DNA of 64,000 nucleotides from Octopus sinensis (GCF_006345805.1 NC_043003.1:44330001-44394000), one strand, 5' to 3'. Shown: positions 1 through 15,018, counted from the first letter of the stretch. The notes: generated from the sequence alone by a model not told the origin. Translations and numbers: made by a program.

Positions 1-264
1 TTACATTTTTAACGCTTTCTTCTCTTATCGGATTTATCAACAAATGGTTCAAATTTAAAATTCTTGGCTTTTTATGAAGAATTATGTGGGGTAGGCCAAG
101 CGAGGGGGAAGAAGGGTGAGGTAAAAAGACGTGGCTAAGAGAAAGGAAGTATTTGAACCATTTTTTGATAAATCTGATAACGGAAAAAAGCGCTGGAAAT
201 GTAAATAAGATAAAATAAAATATATACATATATATAATGAGCTTCTGACTGCGCCTTTATTCTA

Positions 265-542
<278 letters not shown>

Positions 543-543
<1 letters not shown>

Positions 544-786
544 ATAATGTGTCTTGAATGGCACAATAATGGACTATAATAACCGTTATAATTCGATCAT
601 CCATAGTCTAATGCAATATTTCGGAGTACAAAATAATCCTTCTTCAGATAATTCTAGGGATAACTGAAGAAGGAACTTTTGTATTCCGAAATATTATATC
701 AGAATATTGATAATTAAATTATAACAGTTAGTATAGTCTATTGTTGGATATATTGTGCCTTGTCGTGCCATTCAAGATACATTATA
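543..786. mobile_element. Palindromic (foldback) element, probably an inverted pair of PLE pseudo-LTR segments with hammerhead-like cores
   Basis: Arms 544-564 and 765-785 are reverse complements (1 mismatch); the inner arms also pair; CTGAAGA-A-GGA..TCC-GAAA occurs on both strands. Confidence 0.7.
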
Positions 787-830
787 TTTTACAAACAATA
801 CACAATGCTTCAAGCGAACTGCAATACTCA

Positions 831-870
<40 letters not shown>

Positions 871-896
871 AGTTATGATAAAATAAGATATGATAA

Positions 897-930
<34 letters not shown>

Positions 931-1284
931 ACGTGTGTATCATATTCATTACTGAAGTTTATTGACCACAATATCTGTCAGGAATATATTCCTATAGAAT
1001 ATCGTATAGAATAATTTTATATAAAATTATCATAATACAGTTCCATACTTAAGAGATGCGGAATTATCGACATTATTTACACTTTCCACCTTATTTCATC
1101 TCCATAAGCTTTCGGTATCTTTATGGCTATCTCTTCAATAGGGGCTGTTATGTCCAAGTATGGAATACGCTTGATGGTTATCGCAAAGTTGCGACCTTTG
1201 TTCAGTACTGCTTTTCAGAGCTTTCTAGACGTCGGCTACTTACATTAATTACTGCTTTCACAGTTGGGTGACGGCAGGTACTAA

Positions 1285-2090
1285 AAAAAGCAAAACCTCG
1301 TAAACCAAACACTACTAAGGGAAAAAAGTTCGATATATAAAAAACAGAGAGTGATAACTCCATCATAATACTCCCGGCAGACAAGGGAAATGGTACAGTG
1401 GTGATGAACAAGTCTGACTAACCGGAAAAGAATGGCAAGTCTTATAAATGATGGTAGCTACAGCAAAGAAAAGAAAGACCCAACACTTAAAACACAGTGG
1501 AAGTTGTCACAGATCTTGATGGAGAAAAAGGTTCACTTTACATCAATGAAGTACAGACAACTGCCTCAAAACTATAGTAAACTACCACACATGTACGGTC
1601 TCCCTAAGATTCGCAAAGATGGTATTGAACTTGCAGAAACGTTAGCACGCCGGGCGAAATGCGCAGCCGTATCTCGTCTGCCGTTACGCTCTGAGTTCAA
1701 ATTCTGCCGAGGTTGACTTTGCCTTTCATCCTTTCGGAGTCGATTAAATAAGTACCAGTTACACACTGGGGTCGATATAATCGACTTAATCCGTATGCCT
1801 GTCCTTGTTTGTTCTCTATGTGTTTAGCCCCTTGTGGGTAGTAAAGAAATAGGTATTCCATAATGACCTATAGTGGGCTGTAGAGGTTCATTTGTCATCC
1901 ACTGAGCTGCTTTCTTGTGGATATAATGAGTCCATTAGGAGGGAAGTCAACATCGTACGTAAGGGCATTGAATCCAACTAGATGTTGAGTCTAGATGTGA
2001 TAAGTCTGTTCCCCAAATTCCCAACTGTGAAGCATTATCGGTGACACATGAAAAACCCGTGACAGACACCCATCTAAAAGTCACTTTTAT
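1285..2090 (+). mobile_element. Penelope-like element (Penelope/Poseidon type) RT N-terminal relic, split by a SINE
   Basis: SIIILPADKGNGTVVMNK..DPT..PHMYGLPKIRKDGI, then after the SINE P**PIVGCRGS..HPLS..DVISLFP; these are typical PLE RT motifs, with stops and frameshifts. Confidence 0.85.
1627..1851 (+). mobile_element. tRNA-derived SINE, family A (octopus OK-like)
   Basis: gcagaaacgttagcacgccgggcgaaatgc..ctgagttcaaattc (A/B-box-like head); tail gtagtaaagaaata; GGTATT on both sides; many similar copies in the window. Confidence 0.88.
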
Positions 2091-2582
2091 TTCATTTTAC
2101 TGAAGTCCATTGAGCTTGGGAAAATGAGTTGTACTTGTATTGCAAGGGCTAGACTTGTCATATTTTGTGTCTCGACGTTAAATTCATACGTATCTCTGTG
2201 TTCCTCACGTTAATTTTACGAGCAGCTTTTTCCGTTGATTGGAAAGTAATTCTTTTAGTGTAGTAACAATTCGTCCCATTCATGTAATATACCCACCTCG
2301 AAGCAGCAGTATTCAAAAGTGATTCTGTCCATTAAGTATTCATCTCTTTTACACGCAATTCTTCATCTGGCACGCAAACTGCATTGATAGGGGGTATATA
2401 ACATATACAATGCTATAAACTGTATTGTGAAGGGGTTGCTGTATAGGGACGATATATACTCAACATGAAAAGATATTGAATATCGTTTTATATTTACTGG
2501 GTTGCGCACAATTTTGATAAGAATTTCACCGACAACTCAATTTAGAAACAATCAATTTAGAAACAATCCCAACAAACAGAGT

Positions 2583-2809
2583 CAAGTTCATGGGCCCAGT
2601 TTCCCGGTTTCAATGGCGTATGTGTTCCCCAGCTGGACAGGACGCCAATCCATCGCAGCGTTACTCATTTTCGCCAGCTGAGTGGACTGGAGCAACGTGA
2701 AAGGAAGTGTTTTGCTCAAGAACACAGCACGTCGTCCGTTCCAGGAATCGAGACCACAATCTTACGATCATGATGCTGATACCCTAACCACTAAGCAACG
2801 TGCCTCCAC
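2583..2809 (-). mobile_element. tRNA-derived SINE, family C
   Basis: Minus strand gtggaggcacgttgcttagtggttagggt..tcgattcc head, then tgtgttcttgagcaaaacact and ctgcgatggattggcgtcctgtccag core-like blocks. Confidence 0.75.
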
Positions 2810-2835
2810 CAAGTAACGAAAACTGATGTAAAATG

Positions 2836-3037
2836 CTGGCAAGAAGGCCAGAAATTTCGAGCAACGGGTAGGTCGACTACATTGACCCCAGTGCTCAGCT
2901 AGTACTTATTTTATCGATCCCAAAATGGATGAAATGCTAAATTTGCTTCAGCGAATTTTGAACCAACGATGTGTAGACGGACGAAATGTCTTGAAGCATT
3001 TTGCTCTATGTTAACGATTCTGCCAGATCTCCGCCTT
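2836..3037 (-). mobile_element. SINE family A, diverged
   Basis: Reverse-complement similarity to 1627-1851. Confidence 0.7.
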
Positions 3038-3599
3038 AATTTACAAATATCAAAAATATATGAAAAAAATATCCAGATGTGGTTTGGTATGGGCAGCAAA
3101 TACCTTTTATATATTATGCCCTAAACACTAGGGTTTTCAGTTATACCAAACGTACTAATACGTTATAATACATAAATTAAGACTATCAAGAGTGCAATCA
3201 ATGAATCACCGATCGATTATGCAGTGAATCAGTTCAATGATAATAGTAAAAAACACAAAGAAAATACGAAAAAAATACTAACAAACAGGGGAAGCAATAA
3301 AGTAACTAATCAAACATGTTCGAACTATAAGGGCTAATGATAATGATCATGATCATGATCACAACGACCACGAAGAAAATTTCGGGTGAGGAGAATAATT
3401 GATCACACCGATTCAGATAAATAATTGCACTTTCATTTCTCTCCTGTTTCGAAAGGTAAGAATGAAGTTATCATCTGCAAAATCCATGTTGTGATTCAAA
3501 CATATACTAAGAAGTGATTAAGAAAATTTCAAAAACAATCTTGATCAATGCTTTGTAAACTAAGCATCAGATTCTAAAAGCAGATTGTGAGTAGAAAAT

Positions 3600-3910
3600 C
3601 TCGTATAATATCATTACCTTACATTACCTTAGAACAGAAGAATGTCAAAACACTTACAGGATTGGCTGTATACACAACACTAGAAAAGTATTCAAATGTG
3701 TTTAACTTGTGGATATCTTGATATATGACCTCGATCAGAACAGATCTTGACTAAGATGTATGTGTATAAACTCTTCTCTAATTTTGACAGCGAATATAAA
3801 CGTCATATCGGTCGCCACCTAAAAGTAAATCTAGAAAAACTATATACAGGCGTATTCTGTAGTCAGTAGAGAAAGTTTGGGAATATTTCTCAATGATAAC
3901 CACCTATCAT
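3600..3910 (+). mobile_element. Decayed PLE linker + GIY-YIG endonuclease relic
   Basis: IISLPYIT linker; VYKLFSNFDSEYKRHIGRHLKVNLEK aligns by eye with VYSIPCSCGRLYKDETCSPLTIRV at 27060-27170. Confidence 0.45.
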
Positions 3911-4190
3911 ATTCGAAATCAGACAAGTGGAAAAAAATCTAAAAATTTAAAATTAAATTGGCCTTACTGGGATTGAACACTGAACGTTAAGAACCGTGAC
4001 TAAATAAAACCAAGTTGCGTATCCAATGAATCAGGTAATCCAACACTTTTACAAAAACATAAGTATTTCCTAATTATCACCAACAGGTCCTCATTAAATA
4101 ACTATTTTAATAAAGAAATGCTCTCTCTTATAATTATGAATGTATCTAATGTCATCATAAATAGACAGCTAAGAATGATCAAACCTACAA

Positions 4191-4310
4191 GGGGAGGGGT
4201 AAGTCGATTACATCGACTCCAGTGTGTGACTAGTAGTCATTTCATCGAACACAAAATGATGAAAGGCTAAGTTGACCTCAGAGGAAATTGGATTCAGAAC
4301 GTAAAGATGA
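4191..4310 (-). mobile_element. SINE family A fragment
   Basis: aagtcgattacatcgactccagtg..gatgaaaggctaagttgacc matches the other copies. Confidence 0.7.
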
Positions 4311-7300
4311 TTGAAGGGACGCTATGCCCTCTGCCCGGCCGGCTCACACTTCTCCAGCCTTGTCACTTTAAAACCTAAGAGTAATATTACTACACAGATT
4401 CCTAATTAATTGTTTTATGACTTCAATATTAGTATTAGACAGAATATTTTTTGCAATAAACCTAACCATACTGTTTGAAAAAATCATGTTTTACAAACAC
4501 ATGTTGGAGTAAATGCTATGAATCAGACGCAGTATGTACGAAAAGTTTAAGTTCCAGTAAAAAGCTAATCCACCTCCACTTTCGCTCTGGTCATATCCAG
4601 TAAAATAATGAAACGGCACGAGGAATTGTCGAAAAAGAGAATTACAATTTGGTGTTATAGAAGCGTACTTATATCCATACATATACATAAATTAAATATG
4701 AGCAACATAAAAGATACTGACAAAAGAAAACTAACAGGGAAGAAATAGAGAAAAAGTAAATGTAAACCTTGTGAATGGCCAATGAATGAAAATGCCGGAG
4801 AAATACTAACAAAACCAAGAATAAAGATATAGACTGAATGAAAAAACGAAAGCAATATATACATATTAAAAATAAAACGAATAAAAACAAAGCTAGCTTT
4901 GTCAAAGTAACGGAAAACATCACAAGAAAATCGACAAAACTGAAGAGTAATAAAATAGCACAACAGAAACGCCCTCATATGCAATAAGTGAGACATGAAC
5001 GTACAATAAAAGCACATTATATTTTGTCGTTCAGGGACGAAAGAAGGCACTGTAAGGGAAATAACAGTGCGAGGAAAAAAGAAGAAAACCTAATGCGCCC
5101 TATTGGACATATGAGTTCGTATGAAAACAATCCTTCAAGTTTACACCCGCAACTGAAATACACCTATACACGTAGCGCTTAACATAATACATATTACAAC
5201 AGAAAAACCATTATGAAATAGAGAGGAAAGAGTCGATGAAGAAATACCTAATGTATCAATAAAATATAGAAAAGAAATCACTGCCTAAAACTACAAAGTC
5301 AAATATGTTCCATGAGAGACACAGGTGTAAAGATGTTACTTTTACATGAGTACTAACATTTTAACTTATCTGATATATTCACTTATCTAATATATGCACA
5401 ATCTCAGAAGACTTGAGATCTGTTCACTGTCAAGAATTGTAAGTGTGAAACCAGGAGAATTTACTGAATGACAAAAACATTTGGTTTACATAAGGAATGG
5501 AGTGGCTGACATTTTATGCTATTGCATTTCCATATATACAGATGTCATGGAAGTATTGGAATTAGGTTTGATCCAAATAGAGTAGGATGTCAATCTGCTG
5601 GCCCTAAGAAAAGTACAGGAAAATAATATAAATATACTACTGACAAAATATCGTTGTTACGTAAAATAGGAAATGGATGGCTCTATATTTTAAAGGAAAT
5701 GATCAGAAAAGTAGAATATACAACATTAAAAATTAGTAGGAAAATATCTAGGAATTCACAGAAATGATATTAGCCATGACATGCTTGTTTGAAATACTTC
5801 AGTACGTCCTTGAGGGAAGCAATGCAGTTGAAACACATAAAAAATTCCCCCAATCCCCAAAAAAGCATTAAATCAGGAAAACAGAGGAAAGTATAGAAAA
5901 TACATAATACTTTGTGACACACAGAAACTTAATCAAATTTTACAATACCTGTAGAGAATATAGAACACGTCTATTGCCAGAATAAGAAGTGCACATAGGA
6001 CAGGAAGAAAATTAAATAAGTATATAGTTTAGCAGCAGACTAAGGACAGCACGACACTTGAAATTTCCATAGATTGACTAAGTACATACTTATTGGTTGA
6101 ATACCAGGGCATTATTCATGAAAGTAGCAGCAACGTACAGTTAATTACTAAACAAACGAGAATTATCATGTCACTGTTTACAGCATCTGAAAACAATAAT
6201 GAATCTTCTAAAATACTTATTGAGACACAGTAATTTGCGTACTATAAAATACAGAACCCTTGTATCTCCTACAAAATAACTACTCATCTGTAAGATAACA
6301 TCTTACAAGAGGAACAGAATCGTGGAAGAAATGAGATATATAATTGAAAAGGGCAAGTGACTGGTTTATTTGGAAATTGTTGAAGATATCAAGAACATGA
6401 TAAAACATGGATAGAGATTGTTTACAGAAAAGTATTTCATTGATACTGTACGAAACGACTGTGTAATTGAAAACACTGTATATAAATAAAACATCACCTA
6501 TATTAAGACAATAGCAATATAGCCTTACGGAATGTCGAAATGGAAAACACCAGATTCACTAAAAGCCAAAATGAATTTGATAAAACAGCCATGTATTCGT
6601 AAGAAGAGGATAATTCTCAGAAACTTTGTTTCCTTTTTACTATTCCAGCTAGATCTGGTTTCTCTAAAACATTTGCTTAATAAAGCCATCTATGTTTTAA
6701 AATGCTTTGATCAAATAACATGCCATCCTTTATACATGGAAGATTTAGATTGTAAACCATTGACAAGGGATAACTGCAAACTGGAGAAATTTCTAAACGC
6801 TGTGCACGAATGTACGCAGAATGCAAATCTGAGAACAGTGTTACTCAAAAGTATCAAGCCTACTGTAATGAAAGGAAACATAAACTTGTCCACATTAAAT
6901 TAGAGGTGCACAACGTAATCAAACATTTAGAACAAAATACATTAACAGTAACAATTGTTACAGCATCTCGCCGAGTACAATTATGCTATCTTCATTAACG
7001 GTTAAAAACAATAACTACATTGCTATTACTAATAACTGGCGTGTCAACGAATCAGCCAACAGTACTTCTCACTGCACCTGCAAAGGAGCAGTAGCAACAA
7101 TCTCACCGTCAGTAATGTCAAAATCATAAGCACCATACTCATAATTTCCATCACTGCTGAAGCTAACATAGTCGGCAACATGATCACCAGCAATAACAAG
7201 AATATATATAAAAAATAATGTTTTTTTTGGTATTTAACAGAGCAATAATCAGTTAAAGAATTAATATCCCTTGGAGAAAATGTAAGAGAAGCTATAAAGA

Positions 7301-8299
7301 ATAGCAACACATCTTGCAAGAAAATCATCGTATTCACTTCGGCAGAAATCGTTCATAATACTCAAAAATATATAACGATATATTGGTTTGTAGAATGCCA
7401 AATATGGCTGCGGAATAATTTCAGAATAGCTAGAATTGATATTTGGTTAAACAGTAAAGTGGGAAATGTAGAATACGTTAGCACAATGAATTACAGTGTA
7501 TGAATAAAACATGTGATGCATAATATAAGATCATGGATACAAATTTACTCTCAAAGACATAGCCTGGGGTAGCGATAGACGTCGATTATTGTAGTGGTTG
7601 TGTTTACGTGAATACTAGTTCTTGTGGTGATCGCAGGTTTAGTAGTATAAATGTGGAGCAATACAATAACGTACTACATCAAGGTAAATTGCTCATATTT
7701 GGAGATGAACTCTAGCCTCCGGGTACACAGCATGTTTTTCAAATCTACGACATGATTTTAGACGCACATTCTGCAGCAGATGGGTGAAACGAATACAGAA
7801 CTTTTGGAAACTCGCAAAGCGCTCTGAATTAAAGAAATACGAATTTGCCATCACGTATTTAGATAAATCATATTGTCTCACACCGGTTATATCTAGACTA
7901 AAGTTAAACTAAAAGAGTAAGGGCTGATACAAGAAAAAGCTATTGTAAGTTGTTCAGTTAACGGCATATATTACATAAGAGCATAACTCAGTTTTAGGCA
8001 GAGTAAGAGAGCTGACCCAAAGATAGGATTCAACGAAAAATAATTAATACAAGTAATCAATAAACACAGATACAGTATCATGTATGCGTATATATACAAG
8101 TATAGCTAAATTACATACAGACATACAAACACTTATAAAAGTTTGCGCCCGGCATTTGATGGGTATTTTCTTAGCGGGAACAAGGTTGACCTTCGTTTGG
8201 AAATCTGATTGTTGAGGAAAAATGTATGAAAGGATGACGAGTATGCTCAAAGAAGGAGATCCAACTGTAGCATACTGGTTACCCCAGGTAACCGCTATA

Positions 8300-8375
<76 letters not shown>
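8300..8375. repeat. (CTAT)n microsatellite
   Basis: Read directly. Confidence 0.97.
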
Positions 8376-8417
8376 ATACACACACACGCGCGCACACACA
8401 CACATATATATATATAT

Positions 8418-8770
8418 AGTCGAAAGCCACCTCTTGTAAATTTCCTGTTCTTTGCATTTGTATTTATGTAACATTTCTCCGTTTTTTCTCGTCCTTGTTT
8501 TCGTATACATTAGCTGCTATCTTCCAAGGAGGAACCTAGTGCTCTTAGTTTAGCTTTTCCTTGGGGCTAGCCGGATTGGAGCAGTCTCAAGTATAAAAAG
8601 CCGAAGCTGCTAATACGATCTAGAACTCGATTGAGTAAAGAAACTCCGAATGACCCGTCTTTTATTCTTTTGTCCCTTTGTGTATCATCTATCTGGATGT
8701 TTTGTTGTCAACTGTTGCGCTCTTGTCCCATTTTAGTCGAATGGATATGTCTGAAACACACTGGGAAACG
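8418..8770 (+). repeat. Dispersed repeat (LTR-like, class unverified), copy 1
   Basis: Colinear similarity to 17716-18056 (gtcgaaag..tttgcatttg..gctcttag..gattggagca..gagtataa..ctcgattgag..aaactccgaatga). Confidence 0.7.
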
Positions 8771-9149
8771 ATCCCTGAATATAATAAAGGGATCATTATT
8801 CATTTCTTTAAAAAAATGGAAAAGTAGACAACAGGCTGAAGGCAAATAATATAACTTCTTACAAACCATAAATGTAACACAAAGAAGTTCATTATACACA
8901 AATAACATAAAACTAATAAATAAAATGAAAATATATATAACAAGACGGACGCTCACTCATACAAACAAACATATATAGTTGTATGTATGTATATATTTTC
9001 CATACATACATGCATACATACATACAAACATACAAACACACACACACACACACACATACACACACATATATATAGATATATATATATCCATATATCCATA
9101 TAAGAGAGGGAGAGAGAGAGAAAGATAGACTCAGCACTGAAAACACAAT

Positions 9150-9680
9150 GAAAATAATTGATAGAACCACATAAGATGAAAATATGCCAGCGAAATAAAG
9201 AGAATATAACAATGGACATGAAGGATAAGATGAACTATTGATACCCAACGTGAAAAATATATTTGAATACCCTAACGAAGTAAAATATGCTCCAAGATCC
9301 ACACGTTTCGATAAACCGGATAATAGTACGGACTGTAACAAAAAAAGTGCGTTACTAATTAGGAAAATCTAGCATTGCTAATAATCAAGATAGAGAAAAT
9401 AACAAAATCAATGAAATAGGATCAAGGAAAAAAAAAAGCTATTATGAATAAAGAAAATATCTCTGTGAGATAATAACCAAACACATCCTGCTTTACAGAA
9501 AATATATTCTATTGAGTGAAACGCAGACATCATTACGCAAATAATCTAATTGGTTTCAACATCTATAGAACTATTGACAGAAACCTGTTTCTATTCAAAT
9601 ATGCACAATATCCTGCCTCGAAAGAAGCCAAACCACACTTTTAAGAAAATATTGATTGCAAAATCAATGGAAAATAAAAT
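9150..9680 (+). mobile_element. Possible highly decayed CR1/L2-like RT relic
   Basis: Faint spacing similarity to the K.A.I.P..K / E.II..I..HL....L...Q..FR motifs; heavily disrupted. Confidence 0.25.
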
Positions 9681-10564
9681 AACATAAATGCTTACTCAGG
9701 GTAATCCCAGAAAGAGATGATATATAAAAAAATGAAAACAATATCAATAGAATAGAATATAATATATATAATAGGTGACAATATATTGGACATAAACCTG
9801 TATACATCCTACTTTAGACTGTTTCATGCAGCAAGGTTGGGGTATTTTAATTCATATCTGATATTTAATGAAATATTGTATACTTCTTAAGACACACACG
9901 AATCCACGAAACAAATCGAGAGCACAACACGAACCCACGATCCCACGAACCATATCGAGAACGAAGTAATCTTGTCGGAAACAGAACAATCTGGCACTAA
10001 CACTTCTAGATTCTTTAGTAAAGCACTAATATATATAGAAGATTACCATTAGTTCTATGACAACGTCAAGCATCGGTCTTTGTCAGCAGTTAGAGGAAAG
10101 AAACTACAAGTGTTGAAGTAAATCACTAACACTGCATGCAAATATTTCGTATCCATTTTTTAATGCTATATCCACAATATGACAACAAACGAAATTTTTA
10201 TTTGGAGATGTATTTAAAATACGCAGAATGTATTTGAGCCACTTCTTCAAGTTCATAGGAGTCGATGACTCATATGTAAAATGCTAGTAAATAAAGTATG
10301 ATATAAAACAAGAATTTCTAGGAGTCAAAATTTTATTACAAACGAAATTGCTTGCTGAAATGTGAAGATTCCATCAAATACATTCTCTTACGTATGTTAA
10401 GAGTAAAGCAGGGCGGAGATCCAACGGAACCACTCAGACAAGTTCATTTCTTCGGAATTATTAAACAAAAAGCTGGGTGTAAAAGTTATAATGGGATGGA
10501 TATCATTGAATTCGAGATGTCAGGTGTAACCTTTGACAAGAGAGTAAATCGCTCCACTGATGAC

Positions 10565-10644
<80 letters not shown>
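10565..10644. repeat. (GATA)n microsatellite
   Basis: Read directly. Confidence 0.97.
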
Positions 10645-11789
10645 TGCCATAGGGGATAGTGAAGATAATTATTGAAAGCTAACGTGTGTGATGTCCAATA
10701 TACTTGACTTAGTGCAGAGGATGAAGTTAATTGAATATTCCACTGTGATAACTGACCAGCACTTTATAGACAGTAATTCTGAACAAAACAAACTGGAATA
10801 TTCGAGGTCGAAAATGAAACGTATGCAATGATTTTAACTGTAAGGCACAGTTGAGAGTGCACTCAAATGAGCATGGATACATATAAACATAGGAGCACAC
10901 TGACTCCCATATATAAGTGTGTGTGTATGCGCATGGGTGTATGTGCACATGTGTGTGTATGTGAATGAGTGTGTGTGTGAGTGTGTGTGTGTGTGTGTAT
11001 GTGTGTGTGTGTGTGTGTGCACGTCTATGAAATATCTGTCTATGAATATAACTCATAAGTCATTGGTCTTTGCGATAATGGCTAGCCTTTGGGGTAACAA
11101 CCTGGTATTGACTCCAAACTTACATGTTTGCGAATAGAACTATTTACCTTTCAGCCATGTCAGCGTGTAATTTTTCTATTCTGCTCTTTCTCTGGTTATA
11201 CATTGATATTCTTGTGACATCCGGTCTTCAATTTCTGTTTCTAACTCTCATTCACTCTTACTATTACTGTTTATTTCTTCTTGAAAGTAACACAATTAGC
11301 ACAATCTTAATGGGAAACTGCTGCTGACTAAGCTGATACCCAGTCAAACCAAAAAGTTGTTACATATGCTTGTTTCGATTAATATGGACTAAAAATCTGC
11401 ATTGTGGATTCAAAATAAAAATACATTCAACAATTATAATCTTCCTTTTATGCTGCAAATCCTGTTTTCTTCACAAATCAGTGAAAAGGGATTGGAAATA
11501 TATTATATATTCATGTGGGTAACAAATAGGATTTGCTAGAATGAAATGGATTCCATCATATCAGAATTTTGAGACATAGGCAACGGATAGAAAGTTTCTA
11601 AATTCTATACTTTTGGTATTTATTGCTTCTTTTGAAAAGATTAATTTTAAAGCCTAGTTTTATAAAATTGATTTAATAGCAAATATTTCCCACATTTTTC
11701 CTCATATTTATGAATAATAGTTTGGCAGTTTTGCAGTTTAGAGAAATAGTCTATAAATTTATCAATATTCTTATCATCTATCGGGGACT

Positions 11790-12335
11790 TCAGCATGCTG
11801 GGGCACAGGCTTGAAGAATTTTAGTCGAACTTATTGACACCAGGATATTTTGGTCTCTGTTCTTGTAAATCCTGTTACTTATTCTAACGGTATGTTTTGT
11901 CGAACCGCTATTGTTACAGGGAATTTAAATATAGCGGTTCAAAAACACCAGTTGTCAGGCAGTAGTGGGGGAAAAAACACATACACAGGGACATAGATGC
12001 ATGAACACACACACACACACATACACACATACATACACACACACACATATGTGATAAGCAGCATATATATCCTTTTATTCGATGTTATTATTTTCATGTG
12101 CTAATATAAAACTAATAGAAGCACATAAAAAAAAACAGGATTGTGTTAATTGAATAAAATTTATCTCGCACCACATGAAGTACGTAAGTACGTTTTCTTG
12201 ATCTTACCATCCATCTCGGAGGCTTCTTTCAGCTTCTGTATACAAACTCCACTCATAAGGCTTTCGACAGCCTGGGGCAGTAGTAGAAAACCCTTGCCCA
12301 AGGCACCATATGGAAAAACTGAAGCAGCTACTTTT
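11790..12335 (-). mobile_element. SINE family B (OR-like), diverged, with internal microsatellite
   Basis: Blocks match 43656-44044 (cttctttcag..ccactcataaggcttt..ttgcccaaggcacca; catgctgg tail). Confidence 0.65.
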
Positions 12336-12789
12336 TAATGCTTCCGTTTCAATTTCTTCTAGAACAAAGTAGAGTCTTCAGAAAGTTATTACTTTCGAGA
12401 TATTCTTTATGATTATCTGCTTATCTCGTTTCCGCAAACTGAATATATTGTAAGACTCTCAACATATACTTGTAACTATGGATGGCAATAAAGGAACTTC
12501 AGCAACACTATTTTTGCAAGAGAAACCTGTGAACTTCCGGAGCTGACATCAGGAATGATTAATTTAATTTATTTCAAATTAGATTTTCTCTGTCACTTAA
12601 CCAAATTTCTAAATCCTCTTTTCAAGCAATTGAAACCGGAAACATATATTGATAAACATATAAATATTTCCTTTCTCTTATCCTTATCCGTGATGAATTT
12701 CTCAAAGCATTTTTTTATTCGCTTCCTAAATATTATCTCGCTAAATATTATCTACACATGTATGTGGAAATAAACGTATACTTACTCAT

Positions 12790-12825
<36 letters not shown>

Positions 12826-12994
12826 GGTTGTGTGTGTATGTGAGTATATGTCTGTGCTTGTGTGTGTGCGCGCGTACCCGTGCGTAAGTATGTTTGTTGT
12901 TCAAGCATATATATTTGTATTTATATATGCATATAAGCATAACGTACACATAACCTTGCATACACAAACACACCACACATATCCCATACACACA

Positions 12995-13315
<321 letters not shown>

Positions 13316-14645
13316 TACTCACATACACTCATGCTCAAGGTCACACACATTCACGCATATAAATATATTCATACACTGTTATATGTATACATATATATGA
13401 GTGTAGGATTGTGTGTGTATACTTACCTTAGTTTAGCTGTGTGTTTGATTGCATTACATGTTTATTCGTGTATTTGTATAATTAGTGTAAAAAGTGTCGC
13501 AATAAAATCATTGTCAAAGCATTACACTAGAGTTAATAGCTTCAACAGGAAAAGTCATTTCCGCTCTTTGAAGAGTAGTAATTATTAGATTTTATCCACG
13601 TTGCAGACATCAAGACCATTACCGTGTATTATACCTAGTTGTTGGCTAACAATGAGTATAAATTATGGGAGAGCAATGTTTTAGTTGGAGACAGAAAATA
13701 AGCTTTGTCTGAATTGCTCTTGTAATTCTTGTTGGTGAGTTTAATGTTGCTCCTATTATTTAGACCCAATAATTTCCTGATGGAAGAAAACTTACAAGGT
13801 GCTGCATGTTCGGTTTTTCTGTCGTTTATATATTACATTGAAAATCTCCCCCTTTCTCTCTTCATGTGTGTACGTCCGTCCGTCCGTCTCTCTCAATCTT
13901 TCTCACTGTTTCTTTTCCTCTCACTCTTTCTCTCTCCCTTCTTTCTCTATATCTCCCTCTCTGTCTACGTGTTAGTATATTTTCTACGTTGCGTTCAGTG
14001 CAACGTATTTGTGGACAACATATTGTGGGACTTTTAGTTGTTACATCAAACAGGTTGAGCGACGAATTATAGTTTTCTTCGTATGCGTAATTATGAACAA
14101 AGAGAGATAAGAAGAGAGAAGATGTAAAGGGAGAAAAGAGAGTGTAGTATAAGAAAGAGAGAACGGGAGAAAAGAGAGAAAGAATGTAACAGAGAATATG
14201 ATGGAGAAGTAATACTTTTGAAGTAAATGTTAGAGGAGATATGTAGAAAAAATTCCTTTGTGCGGATGAGCATGTAAAGCAGAAAAGAGAAAATTTGCAA
14301 ATGTGATAGCACGGAGAAAAGAGATTAAAGGTGCCAACAGAGTGAATAAAGGAGGTGAGAAAAGACAGGAATTGAGAAAAGATAACTAATACATAAGAAA
14401 CCAAGATAATATGACTGTACGAAACACGGAGACAAATAGATCTTATATGGGGAGAGATTAAAGGGTATAAGTCTGGAATGCTAAAGTATGAGATGTAAGG
14501 AAGATTAAAGAAAGGAGGTAGAGGAAGTGAAGGAAAAGAACAGAAAATAGTGGAAGAGTTTGGGAAGAACGTAGAAGAGATGCTGACACTAAATAGCGGC
14601 TTTACATTTTGGCACAACACCAGCAGCTTCGGAGGAGGATGCTAG

Positions 14646-15018
14646 GCAATTACATGGACCCCAGCGTTCACGAATACTTATATTATCGACCCTCAAAGGT
14701 TGAAAATCAAAGTCGACCACCGTTGGATTTGAACTCAGAGACTGAAGGCGGACGAAATGCTGCGAAGCGTGCTAAGGAATTTGCCGACTCAGCGCCTTGC
14801 GGACACTGAGTATTGTTTTCTTCTCTAGGCACAAGGCCCGAAATTATGGAGGAGGGGGTGCAGTGGATTAGATCAAACCAGTATGCAACTGGTACTTAAT
14901 TTATCAACTCCTTAAGGCAAAGTCTACCACAGTGGAATTCGAACTCAGAACGTAAAAACAGACGAAATACTGCTAAGCATTACGCCCGGTATGCTAACGT
15001 TTCTGCCAGCTCGCCACC
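14646..15018 (-). mobile_element. Two adjacent SINE family A copies (about 14646-14800 and 14820-15018)
   Basis: gctaacgtttctgccagctcgcc head and gaactcagaacgtaa core on the reverse strand, present twice. Confidence 0.8.

Noticed and set aside
11130-11335. Possible minus-strand exon ending AAAG/GTAAAT with an acidic coiled-coil-like translation
   Set aside because: Contains stops and needs a frameshift; no partner exons found
13862-14620. 252-aa ORF on the minus strand
   Set aside because: Comes from a purine-rich low-complexity tract (S/L/F/P bias, few stops by composition); no domain motif
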